NCBI GenBank assembly: GCA_029856055.1
Contig: JAHQWF010000025.1
Coordinates: forward strand, 1-32,398
Direction: 5' to 3'
From: Candidatus Njordarchaeota archaeon
GTDB lineage: Archaea > Asgardarchaeota > Njordarchaeia > Njordarchaeales > Njordarchaeaceae
Length of the DNA stretch: 32,398 bases
Program-made: the position numbers and the translations under genes
The notes under the pieces: model-generated
Seen by the model: the letters and a program-made list of their open reading frames with translations, nothing else
Database searches by the model: none
What the model was told of the DNA's origin: nothing
In this document: positions 7,652 to 16,420 of the stretch, piece by piece
How positions within the stretch are numbered: the stretch's first letter is position 1
How the letters are laid out: every line of letters starts with the position of its first letter

Positions 7652-8569
7652 ATGTTCGATGTTTCAGCTATAGGGAATCCTGTTTACGATATTATTATTA
7701 CTCCTTATGTCAGAACGAATGGTAGAGTGCTTTCTGGCTGTAGTACTAATGCAGCTCTAACTGTTGGTAAATTAGGTGGCAAAGCAGCTTTAATTGGGAA
7801 GATTGGGGATGACTTTAGGGATGACTTCATTTCTGTTGCTAGGAATTATGGTGTTACGCCGTTCCCGTTAGCTTCAAGGGAGACTGGAGGTTTCTATCTA
7901 AGATATATAGATGCAAGGATGAATGATAGAGAGTTACGGGTCTTAGGTATTGCTGATAAGATAAAGTTCGAGGAGGTTCCGAAAGAGGCATTGGAATCCA
8001 AATCGATAGTTCTAGGCCCAATTTTAAAAGAGTTGTCGCTTGATTTCGTTAAATCTCTGGTAAATGAGAATGCAGATAGCTTGATTGTGGTTGATCCCCA
8101 GGGATTAATTCGAGAGATTATAGATGGTAAGGTGGTTAGGGTGGCTAATAAGGAGACATATGAAATCATTAGGTTAACGCATGTCACTAAGCCAAATGAG
8201 CATGAGGCTGAAGTTCTCTTCCCAGGAATGGATATGCCGAGAATAGCTAAGAAGATCTATGAATTAAACAATTTTGCTGGTATAGTGACTGTGGCTGAGA
8301 GAGGATCTTACATAGCGTTTGATAAAGGGATATATCATGTACCAGCTTACAGAACTATTGAGCGTGATCCAACGGGATGCGGTGATGTCTATGCTGGTGC
8401 ATTCGCATACTATTTCATTAAGTACCAGGATTTACTAGAATCAGCTATATTCGCATCTGCAGCTGCATCATTCATGGTGGAAAGCACAGGGCCAGGATTC
8501 TCCATCGATCTTAGCAAAGTCATGGAGAGGTTTGAGGCATTACAAGAAAATGTGAAGAAGGTGTCTTGA
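7652..8569 (+). CDS. PfkB/ribokinase-family carbohydrate kinase
   Basis: IGNPVYD, GKIGDD, VDPQG, KPNEHE, VTVAERGS and anion hole DPTGCGDVY. I prefer the ATG at 7652 (AAGGT upstream) to the TTG at 7622. Confidence 0.88.
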   Translation: MFDVSAIGNPVYDIIITPYVRTNGRVLSGCSTNAALTVGKLGGKAALIGKIGDDFRDDFISVARNYGVTPFPLASRETGGFYLRYIDARMNDRELRVLGIADKIKFEEVPKEALESKSIVLGPILKELSLDFVKSLVNENADSLIVVDPQGLIREIIDGKVVRVANKETYEIIRLTHVTKPNEHEAEVLFPGMDMPRIAKKIYELNNFAGIVTVAERGSYIAFDKGIYHVPAYRTIERDPTGCGDVYAGAFAYYFIKYQDLLESAIFASAAASFMVESTGPGFSIDLSKVMERFEALQENVKKVS

Positions 8570-8570
8570 T

Positions 8571-9149
8571 TTGGGTAGGATACGGGACTGGTATGAGAGA
8601 ACTTTTCTTCCATTGGGAAGAATCCTAGCTAAAACTGGTGTGACACCGAATCAAATTACTTTTTTATCGGTTTTAATAGGGTTGCTACAGATATATTTCT
8701 TCTGGAAGAATGAGCTTATTATTGGCTTTCTATTTTTTATTCTCGCAGCTTTCATGGATGTCTTAGATGGCTCCTTAGCAAGAGCTACAAAGAGGGTAAG
8801 TAGATTCGGGCAACTACTAGATCACTTCTCAGATAGAGTTGTTGAATTCGAACTTATATTCGGGTTAATACTAGGGAAGTATATTCCTGGATGGCTAGGC
8901 ACGTTACTAATTTTCAGCATGATAATGCCGAGCTATGTGAGAGCTAGAGGTGAAGCTGTCTCAGGTATCTCTGGCCAAGGTGTTGGTTTCTTCGAAAGAA
9001 AAGAGAAGCTCGGGACTCTTATAGCTGGAATAATCTTGGAGTACTGGTTTAGTGGATGCATATTCTATGCGGCGATCATAGTATCCGTGTTTTCTTTGAT
9101 CACAGCCATTCAACGATTACTGTATTATAAAGGAAAAATAATAGAGTGA
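8571..9149 (+). CDS. CDP-alcohol phosphatidyltransferase (archaetidylinositol-phosphate-synthase-like)
   Basis: TPNQIT and the family motif DVLDGSLAR....SRFGQLLDHFSDR, plus SYVRARGE and G.FER.E as in AIP/PIP synthases. Starts 1 nt after the kinase stop. Confidence 0.88.
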   Translation: MGRIRDWYERTFLPLGRILAKTGVTPNQITFLSVLIGLLQIYFFWKNELIIGFLFFILAAFMDVLDGSLARATKRVSRFGQLLDHFSDRVVEFELIFGLILGKYIPGWLGTLLIFSMIMPSYVRARGEAVSGISGQGVGFFERKEKLGTLIAGIILEYWFSGCIFYAAIIVSVFSLITAIQRLLYYKGKIIE

Positions 9150-9153
9150 AAGC

Positions 9154-11565
9154 CTAAAGTATAATGCCTATTTTTGAATCACTTATATCTATAATTATGC
9201 CTTCCTTGGGTTCACCAAGAATTATTTTCTCACAATTATGCATTGCTTTGATATCCATAATAAATGGTTCAAGCGCCTCGGGTAAGTAAAGTTTCTTAAC
9301 AGGGGATTTAAGAGATAAATTCTTCGCCTTCTTCGCTTTCCATATAGCTGAGTTAACGCTTCGTAGTAATCCCGTTAACTCGAGTAACTCGGATTTCACT
9401 GCAAATGGTTCAGGGAAATGTTCAAGATGAATTGTCTTACCGTAGAGTTCCCGGTACAAGTAATCAGTAATAAAAGGTGTCACTGGCGCTAGCAACTTTA
9501 ACACAGTTTTTAACACTAGATGTAACGTCCACCAAGCTGCTTTCTGCTCTTTTTTAGAACCAATGGATCCGTATGCACGTGATTTAACTAATTCTATATA
9601 GTGATCAGCGAATATATCCCACACGAAATCCCTCACATAATTCACAGCAAAGAAATCTAGATCATCATAAAGTACTTTCACGCGATTAATTAAGTTACTT
9701 AATTCAGCTAGAATCCACTCATCACTGCTGCTTAACTCGATCTCGTCTCTTGAAGGCTCGGGGAACGATGAAATAAACCTAGCTATACTATAGAGTTTCT
9801 GAATAAATTTAGCGGCGCCCGCAATCCTATTCTCAGAAACCATTATATCTGCTCCCAACCTAGTCTCAGCAGCCCCCGCAAACCTCAAAGCATCAGCACC
9901 ATATTTCTTTACAAGTGGCTCAGGATAAATGATGTTACCAAGACTCTTACTCATTTTTCTACCATGCTCGTCCATCACTAATCCTGAAATCCAGACGTGC
10001 TTAAACGCGGGTTGCTTAGTAAGTTGATAAACACGAAGCAAAGTATAGTATAACCATGTTCTCACAATTTCTTTACCTTGAGGACGCAAACCAACCGGAA
10101 AAGCTCTCTTAAATAACTCTTCATCCCTAAGGTAACCAGAAATGAAAAGCGCTGAGATACTACTATCAAACCAAGTATCAAATGTACGCCACTCGCCTTT
10201 GAATTTTCTAGAACCACATACCGGACAGGCTTTGATAGGCGGGGGTTCGCGCCAAGGCTGATAATACTTACCAGGTTTAGGCAATATAACATGATCGTTC
10301 TCGCAATACCACAGAGGAACCTCGGTACCATAGTATCTCCTACGGGAAATGGGCCAATCAGATTTAACAGATTTAATCCAATTAATCAACATCTGCTTAT
10401 TATGAGCTGGATGAAACCTAATCATATCCGAGATCCTTAACACGTCCTCCAGGAAATCCAGCTGCTTAAGATAGTACTCTCGCATACTAATGAACTCAAT
10501 CCTAGTTTTACATCTCCAACAAATGGGAACCTTATGCTCTATTCTCTCAATCTTCTCAACGAGTCCTTGCTCCATCAAATTCTCTATAATCCTTTTGCGA
10601 GCCTCGGCAACAAGCAAGCCAGCGTATTTACCAGCTGCTTCTGTCATCCTAGCTTCAGTATTAATCGCCTTAACAGGCTTTAACCCAAGTTCACGGAACA
10701 ATCTAATATCCACCGTATCACCATAGGAACAAAGCATCATGGCGCCAGTACCAAACTCTGGATCCACCTCCTTATGGGGAATAATTGGTATCTCCTTATT
10801 GTAAGTTGGGACAATAGCTCTCTTACCATGCAGATGGGTGTATCTATCATCATCGGGATGAACTAGAATAGCGGCGCAAGCACAAAGTAATTCAGGCCGT
10901 GTAGTAGCAATAATTAAAGAGTCGCTTGAATTCTTGATCCCAAACCTAATGTACACTAAACTTGTTTCTTCTTCAGCATACTCAACCTCAGCATCAGCCA
11001 AAGTAGTATGACACCGGGGACACCAGTTATTAGGACGCTCATCCTCATAAATAAGCCCACGCTTCCACAACTCAATAAAAGTAGCTTGAGTCAAACTCCT
11101 ATACTTGGGGGAATCAGTACGATAAATCTCATCAGGTGAAAGAGAATTCATTGAAAAACCAAGCCGTCTACTAATAGTCAAGATATCATTCTCATATTTA
11201 TCCAACAACTCCCTACACAATTCAAGAAACTTATCTCTAGGAGTCTCAGTCATCCTAATCCCATGAATCTTCTCCACCTGAACCTCAACAGGCAAACCAT
11301 TCCTATCAATCCCCATAGGGAACAAAACCTCGAAACCCTTCATTCTCATCAAACGAGCAATGCTATCTATGGCCGCATAATGATACGCAAAACCCATATG
11401 AGGCGTCCCAGAAGCGTACGGGGGAGGCGTATCGATGGAGAATACGGGTTTTGGTGAGTTTTTGTTGAATCCATATATGCCCTCTTCTTCCCACTTCTTT
11501 ATGAGTTCTTCTTCTTTTTTTATGTCCCATTTTTTTTCCTTGAGCTTTGGTTTGTATTGCGACAA
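9154..11565 (-). CDS. valS: Valine--tRNA ligase, archaeal type
   Basis: FSIDTPPPY, HIGH-like HMGF, WCPRCHT, IATTRPEL, FGTGAMM, DWPISRRRYYG, DTWFDSS, RPQGKEIVRTW, KMSKS. GGAGGGG precedes the TTG start. Confidence 0.96.
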   Translation of the reverse strand: MSQYKPKLKEKKWDIKKEEELIKKWEEEGIYGFNKNSPKPVFSIDTPPPYASGTPHMGFAYHYAAIDSIARLMRMKGFEVLFPMGIDRNGLPVEVQVEKIHGIRMTETPRDKFLELCRELLDKYENDILTISRRLGFSMNSLSPDEIYRTDSPKYRSLTQATFIELWKRGLIYEDERPNNWCPRCHTTLADAEVEYAEEETSLVYIRFGIKNSSDSLIIATTRPELLCACAAILVHPDDDRYTHLHGKRAIVPTYNKEIPIIPHKEVDPEFGTGAMMLCSYGDTVDIRLFRELGLKPVKAINTEARMTEAAGKYAGLLVAEARKRIIENLMEQGLVEKIERIEHKVPICWRCKTRIEFISMREYYLKQLDFLEDVLRISDMIRFHPAHNKQMLINWIKSVKSDWPISRRRYYGTEVPLWYCENDHVILPKPGKYYQPWREPPPIKACPVCGSRKFKGEWRTFDTWFDSSISALFISGYLRDEELFKRAFPVGLRPQGKEIVRTWLYYTLLRVYQLTKQPAFKHVWISGLVMDEHGRKMSKSLGNIIYPEPLVKKYGADALRFAGAAETRLGADIMVSENRIAGAAKFIQKLYSIARFISSFPEPSRDEIELSSSDEWILAELSNLINRVKVLYDDLDFFAVNYVRDFVWDIFADHYIELVKSRAYGSIGSKKEQKAAWWTLHLVLKTVLKLLAPVTPFITDYLYRELYGKTIHLEHFPEPFAVKSELLELTGLLRSVNSAIWKAKKAKNLSLKSPVKKLYLPEALEPFIMDIKAMHNCEKIILGEPKEGIIIDISDSKIGIIL

Positions 11566-11953
11566 TAAGGCATCCCCTCCCTGTCTGTTTTGGTTGTGTT
11601 TTGTCTATGTAGTGTTTTAGTTTTCTTTTTTAATATATTTTTTTCTAAAAGGGAAGAAAATTCGCTAAGATTGACTCTGATTTTACTGTTACTTGTTTTT
11701 AAGTTAATAAACTGAGTATGGTCTCGCATCAGTATTTGAGATATTGAGGAGTGTTATAGATCAATTTCTTCTGTAAGAATTTCTTGATTAAAGTTATGTA
11801 ATCTAATTTTCTTAGGATTTGATGATTGGGTTTGGGTTTCTAATTGTTTATTTTTTATTGATACTAAAAATTGATATCTAGAATATTGAGTGTAAATTTT
11901 TATCATTCCTCTATTATTTTATTTAGTGTATCCAACTTTTAAGGTGTAATTAA

Positions 11954-12628
11954 ATGCTTACGCAGATAAAGAAGAAGGCTTTAACCGAGATGGTGGCTAA
12001 AGATTTATTGGAGAAATATGGCGTTAATTTCCCTAAGAGAGCTATCGCTAAGAAGCGTGAGGAGGTTGCTGAGAAAGCTAAACAAGTGGGGTTCCCATTA
12101 GTAATGAAAATACTTTCTCCCGATATAATACATAAAACGGATGTTGGGGGAGTAGTGCTGGATATAAAGAGTGAGGAAGAGGCTCTTAAGGCGTGGGGCG
12201 AGATCATGAGTAATGTTAAGAAGAAAGCGCCTAAAGCGAGGATTGAGGGTGTTTTATTGGAAGAAATGGTTTCGGGAGGTTATGAAGTGATAATTGGTGG
12301 TTTACGTGATCCAGTTTTTGGACCAGTCGTGATGTTTGGGGGTTTAGGAGGGATCTATGTAGAGCTTTTTGAGGATGTTTCATTCAGATTAGCACCAATC
12401 GATGAATTGGAGGCTGAAGAAATGCTTAAGGAGACCAAGGGTTATAAGATTCTCACCGGTTATAGGGGTATGCCTAAGGGGGATATAGAAGGGTTAAAGA
12501 AGTTGCTTGTTACTGTGTCTAAAATTATGGCTGAGCGGGAGGATATTCTTGAGTTGGATCTCAACCCAGTTAGAGTTTTTCCAGATAGGGTAGTCGTACT
12601 GGACGCTAAGATAATAGTTCGTGGGTGA
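11954..12628 (+). CDS. acdB: Acetate/acyl-CoA ligase (ADP-forming) beta subunit, ATP-grasp
   Basis: GFPLVMKILSPDIIHKTDVGGV, EVIIG..RDPVFGPVVMFG.LGGIYVE..EDVSFRLAP, ELDLNP, VLDA. Confidence 0.92.
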   Translation: MLTQIKKKALTEMVAKDLLEKYGVNFPKRAIAKKREEVAEKAKQVGFPLVMKILSPDIIHKTDVGGVVLDIKSEEEALKAWGEIMSNVKKKAPKARIEGVLLEEMVSGGYEVIIGGLRDPVFGPVVMFGGLGGIYVELFEDVSFRLAPIDELEAEEMLKETKGYKILTGYRGMPKGDIEGLKKLLVTVSKIMAEREDILELDLNPVRVFPDRVVVLDAKIIVRG

Positions 12629-12634
12629 ATTATA

Positions 12635-12886
12635 CTGGCTGATAATTCGATTGATAGATTAATTATTTTTATTCTAATATTATTTGCATGGGTTTTATTG
12701 GCTCTTGCTATTCCTTATGCGGCTTCACTAGCGTTAAAATATGTGTTGCGTACGATTAATCCTATTATAAGTAGCTTTATTTTGTTAGCTTTCTTAATTG
12801 TATTTGTGGTTACTTTATATCTATGGTTTTATATGGCTAGAAAATATGTGGAGTATAGAGTGAGAAGATTAAGGAGTGTTGAGTGA
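12635..12886 (+). CDS. Small two-TM membrane protein, probably CTG-initiated (83 aa)
   Basis: The frame of ORF 12698-12886 stays open back to a CTG at 12635, 6 nt after GGGTGA (12623-12628). The extension ADNSIDRLIIFILILFAWVL completes the first TM helix. Confidence 0.6.
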   Translation: MADNSIDRLIIFILILFAWVLLALAIPYAASLALKYVLRTINPIISSFILLAFLIVFVVTLYLWFYMARKYVEYRVRRLRSVE

Positions 12887-13269
12887 GTGTTATGTTTAGT
12901 ACTGGTTTCTTGGCTTACTTGAATTATCTTGTCTTGTTCTTTATTTTCCTCGTTATATATGGGTTAATGGCCTCCCTGTTTTATTATTCTCGGAGGCTGG
13001 ATTTTGAGTCTATAAAAGTTATTTCCGTGTTATCTGTTGTTTTTGTTTTAATAAAGATTGTTCTTGATTATGCTAATGTGTTTATTAGAGTGTTTTTTGA
13101 TTTATCACCGTTGATTTATCTCATTGATGCGTTTTGCTTGATCTTACTATCTCATTATCTAGATGTACCGCAAAGGTATTTACGTAGGATATCATGCATT
13201 TTTGTGTCAGTTATCTTGGCTGTGATTTTATATGACTTAACTTTTCTTCTCTTAGCTAGTTTAGTATAG
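12883..13269 (+). CDS. Hypothetical four-TM membrane protein
   Basis: Four hydrophobic segments; GTGA start/stop overlap with the previous ORF; lies within the acdB-mtnA run. Confidence 0.7.
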   Translation: MSVMFSTGFLAYLNYLVLFFIFLVIYGLMASLFYYSRRLDFESIKVISVLSVVFVLIKIVLDYANVFIRVFFDLSPLIYLIDAFCLILLSHYLDVPQRYLRRISCIFVSVILAVILYDLTFLLLASLV

Positions 13270-13283
13270 TGTAGTGAGCGGAG

Positions 13284-14402
13284 ATGAGAGTAATTCTTGA
13301 TGGTAAAGAATTAGATATTAGGGCTATTTGGTTAGAGGATAGGGATAGAGGAATAGTTAAGATGATTGATCAGAGGGTTCTTCCTTGGAAACTAGATTTT
13401 TTTGTGAGTAGATCTAGCGAAGATACCGCTATGGCGATTGAGAGGATGATTGTCAGAGGTGCGCCTACCATAGGGGTAACGGGGGCTTATGGAGTATACC
13501 AAGCTGTTCTTGAAAGTATTAATGAGAGAGAATTCATTGAGGTTCTTGAGGGAAAAGTTAAGAGGATTCAGCAAACTAGGCCGACGGCAGTTAACTTATT
13601 CAATGTGACTGAAAAGATGTTTCTTGAGATTAAGAAGCGTTACGAGGGGGGCTATTCTAGCAGGGAGATTATTGAGGTCGCTTATGACCTAGCTGAAAGG
13701 ATTGCTGACAAGGAAGTTGAGGCAAACAGAAAAATTGGTGAATATGGTGAGAAATTAATTAGGGATGGATCATCTATTCTAACGCATTGTAATGCTGGGG
13801 CATTAGCAGCTGTTGACATAGGTACAGCACTAGCACCGATAAGAACCGCGTATAAGAAAGGGAAAAAATTGGTTGTCTATGTAGATGAAACTAGACCTTG
13901 GTTACAGGGCGCTAGATTAACAGCATGGGAACTAGAGATGGAGGGGATACCTTACTATTTGATTTCTGATAATGCTGCGGGTTACTATATGTGGCGAGGG
14001 GAAATAGATCTTGTGATTGTGGGGGCGGATAGAATAACAAGGGGTGGAGACATTGCTAATAAGATAGGTACCTATAAACTTGCAGTAGTAGCTAATGAAA
14101 ATGGAATTCCTTTCTATGTTGCTGCTCCACTATCTACTTTCGATATGAGGATACAAGCAGGTAGTGAAATCCCCATCGAGGAAAGAAGTAGCGATGAGAT
14201 ACTTTATGTCAGAGGATATGATGATGATTTAATGGAAGTAAGGAGAGTGCTTGTTAGCTTGAAGGAGGCGAAAGTAAGAAATCCTGTTTTTGATATTACG
14301 CCGAGCAAATATGTCACAGGGATAATCACAGAGTTTGGCGTTCTAAAAAGTGAGAGGGATATTGAAGAAGCATTATCTAGATACAGGATTGATCATGATT
14401 GA
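13284..14402 (+). CDS. mtnA: S-methyl-5-thioribose-1-phosphate isomerase (eIF2B alpha/beta/delta family)
   Basis: IDQRVLP, VRGAPTIG, RPTAVNL, THCNAGALA, ETRPWLQGARLTAWEL, GADRI, NKIGTY, NPVFDITP. Confidence 0.93.
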   Translation: MRVILDGKELDIRAIWLEDRDRGIVKMIDQRVLPWKLDFFVSRSSEDTAMAIERMIVRGAPTIGVTGAYGVYQAVLESINEREFIEVLEGKVKRIQQTRPTAVNLFNVTEKMFLEIKKRYEGGYSSREIIEVAYDLAERIADKEVEANRKIGEYGEKLIRDGSSILTHCNAGALAAVDIGTALAPIRTAYKKGKKLVVYVDETRPWLQGARLTAWELEMEGIPYYLISDNAAGYYMWRGEIDLVIVGADRITRGGDIANKIGTYKLAVVANENGIPFYVAAPLSTFDMRIQAGSEIPIEERSSDEILYVRGYDDDLMEVRRVLVSLKEAKVRNPVFDITPSKYVTGIITEFGVLKSERDIEEALSRYRIDHD

Positions 14403-14410
14403 TTTAGATA

Positions 14411-15283
14411 TCATGTCATAGCAATTAGGTTTTGTTCCAACAAGAATGAAGCTATTTCTTCTATTTCTTCAACCGTTATTTCTCTTATGCGCTTATGCAT
14501 GTTTATTTTTCTTTCTAGCTTAGCTAGTAAATCTCTCCAATCCCTAACTTTCTCTTTAATAAATTGTTTAAGGATTGATCTAATTTTTTTATTTGTGGAT
14601 GCCGAGAACAAGATGCTTGTTGTTTTCTCGAATACCTCAAAGCGGACTTTATGTTGTTTTCTATCAGGCCAAATTTTGATCATCATTGAATCGACATCGG
14701 GTGTAGGAAAGAAATATTTGCGGGGAATAAACTCTATTATTTTCCCTTTTGCGAAATATTTGAATGCAGCGGAAATTCTACCCCAGTTTTTAGAACCAGG
14801 GTTTGACAGTAATTTCTTAACGTAATCTTGCTGGAGTATTAATATCGCGTGCCTGAAGTTTTCTCTGATGAATGATTCCTTAAGCATTTTTATAATTAAT
14901 TGAGATATGATGTTGTACGGGGGATTAGAAACAATAACATTTACGTCTTGGGGGAACTCGTACTTAAGCACATCGCACTGGATTATTTCGATCTTGCTGA
15001 GTAATTCACTGTTGCGGAGCCTCCATCTCATAGCGGAGACAAGTTTTTCATCTATCTCAATGGCATATACTTTTCTAGCGATTTTAGCTAGCTCTTCGGT
15101 TAAGTAACCTAATCCCGCCCCGATATCGAGCGCGACATCGTCCGCCTTAAGATCAGCTACTTTCACTTCTAAGTCAATTATTCTTTCTGAAATTATGAAG
15201 TGCTGACCCATCTCTGGTCTTAGAATTATACCAAAAGCGGAACAAATGTGCTCTATTTCTAGTCTTAGATTCAAGTAAATCAC
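14411..15283 (-). CDS. rsmA: 16S rRNA adenine dimethyltransferase KsgA/Dim1
   Basis: GQHF, DIGAGLGYLT, AIEID, SNPPYNI, WGRIS, F.PTPDVDS. Confidence 0.92.
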   Translation of the reverse strand: MIYLNLRLEIEHICSAFGIILRPEMGQHFIISERIIDLEVKVADLKADDVALDIGAGLGYLTEELAKIARKVYAIEIDEKLVSAMRWRLRNSELLSKIEIIQCDVLKYEFPQDVNVIVSNPPYNIISQLIIKMLKESFIRENFRHAILILQQDYVKKLLSNPGSKNWGRISAAFKYFAKGKIIEFIPRKYFFPTPDVDSMMIKIWPDRKQHKVRFEVFEKTTSILFSASTNKKIRSILKQFIKEKVRDWRDLLAKLERKINMHKRIREITVEEIEEIASFLLEQNLIAMT

Positions 15284-15292
15284 TTTTTAGTA

Positions 15293-15358
15293 AATATCAG
15301 TATTTTTTTCAATTTTCTTCATCGGTTGGACTCAGATGGTGGCGATCTCCTCATTTAA
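15293..15358 (-). ncRNA. Box C/D sRNA candidate directly upstream of rsmA
   Basis: Minus strand: C ATGAGGA (15354-15348), guide GATCGCCACCAT, D' CTGA (15335-15332), C' ATGAAGA (15322-15316), A-rich spacer, D CTGA (15300-15297). Span is 58 nt, with all four boxes in canonical order. Confidence 0.7.
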
Positions 15359-15539
15359 ACTAATAAATATATTCGTGCAAACTCAAATATTATGGTTTTC
15401 CTTACTTTTGATTGAGACAGGGTCCAGATATATTTTATCCATAGAGTCTTATTTATTGTATATGTAAAATCTTTACTTTTCTAAAATTGTTATAATTTAA
15501 TCGAATGTTCATTCTAAAAAATATGGCTTAAGGTAGATA

Positions 15540-16124
15540 ATGATGCCTAAAAAAGACTTTGTTGAGATAAGAATGCATGGCCGGGGCGGTCAAGGAGCTT
15601 GGACCGCCAGTATAATTCTAGCTCAAGCTGCTTTAGTTGAAGGTAAATATTCACAGTCTTTCCCAGAATTTGGTCCAGAACGATCTGGAGCCCCCGTTAC
15701 AGCATACGCGAGAATAGGTCCATCACCGATCGATATTCACGCGGGGATAACCAACCCAGATTATGTTATAGTAATAGATCCCACGTTAGTACATATGGCT
15801 ACTGTAGGTGTGAAAGAGAATGGTAAGATAATAGCAGCAAGCGCTAAGTCACCAGAGGAACTAAGAAGAGCGCTAAATCTCAGTGACAGCATAGAGTTAT
15901 GGGTTGTAGATGGAGTTAGGATAGCTATAGAGACTATAGGTATAGCCATAGCAAACACAGCAATGCTAGGAGCGTTTGTGAGAGCTACAGATGGGAAAGT
16001 AGTTTCCTTAGATGCATTAATAAAGGCAACAAGGAATGTTCTTGGACCCAGATTATCGGAGGAAGCTGTTAATAAGAATATTCAAGCTATTAAGCGTGCC
16101 TATGAGGAGGTGAAAAAAGGATGA
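15540..16124 (+). CDS. porG: Pyruvate/2-ketoisovalerate:ferredoxin oxidoreductase gamma subunit
   Basis: EIRMHGRGGQG, FPEFGPERSGAPV.AY.R, NTAMLGA. Confidence 0.93.
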   Translation: MMPKKDFVEIRMHGRGGQGAWTASIILAQAALVEGKYSQSFPEFGPERSGAPVTAYARIGPSPIDIHAGITNPDYVIVIDPTLVHMATVGVKENGKIIAASAKSPEELRRALNLSDSIELWVVDGVRIAIETIGIAIANTAMLGAFVRATDGKVVSLDALIKATRNVLGPRLSEEAVNKNIQAIKRAYEEVKKG

Positions 16125-16420
16125 GTGATAAAAAGCCTGGATGGAAGGAAATACCGATAGCTGGTGTGCCGTTTTTATCGAGTCTAGAGTATAAGACGGG
16201 AGACTGGAGAGTTTTCAAGCCAGTTATAGATGATAACAAGTGCATTAGATGCTTGTTATGCAATATCTACTGTCCAGATATGGCTATTAAGGTCGGATGG
16301 GATGAGACTGGAAATAAGGCCTTAGGGGTATTCGTTGACTACGATTACTGTAAGGGATGCGGTATTTGTGCAGACATTTGTCCAGTTAAGGCTATAGAAA
16401 TGGTTAAGGAGGAGAGGTGA
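16121..16420 (+). CDS. porD: 2-oxoacid:ferredoxin oxidoreductase delta subunit, 2x[4Fe-4S]
   Basis: KTGDWR..KP, CIRCLLCNIYCP, DYDYCKGCGICADICP; ATGA overlap with the gamma subunit gene. Confidence 0.93.
   Translation: MSDKKPGWKEIPIAGVPFLSSLEYKTGDWRVFKPVIDDNKCIRCLLCNIYCPDMAIKVGWDETGNKALGVFVDYDYCKGCGICADICPVKAIEMVKEER

Noticed and set aside
8365-8395. PPi-dependent kinase signature in the PfkB gene
   Set aside because: The motif is DPTGCGD and lacks the Arg residues (GRGD type) associated with PPi-dependent members, so ATP use is more likely.
11566-11953. 388-bp AT-rich spacer as a replication origin or hidden gene (ORF 11520-11729)
   Set aside because: No ORB-like repeats and no cdc6 nearby. 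The ORF is low-complexity, overlaps the valS start and has no SD. Divergent promoters explain the spacer.
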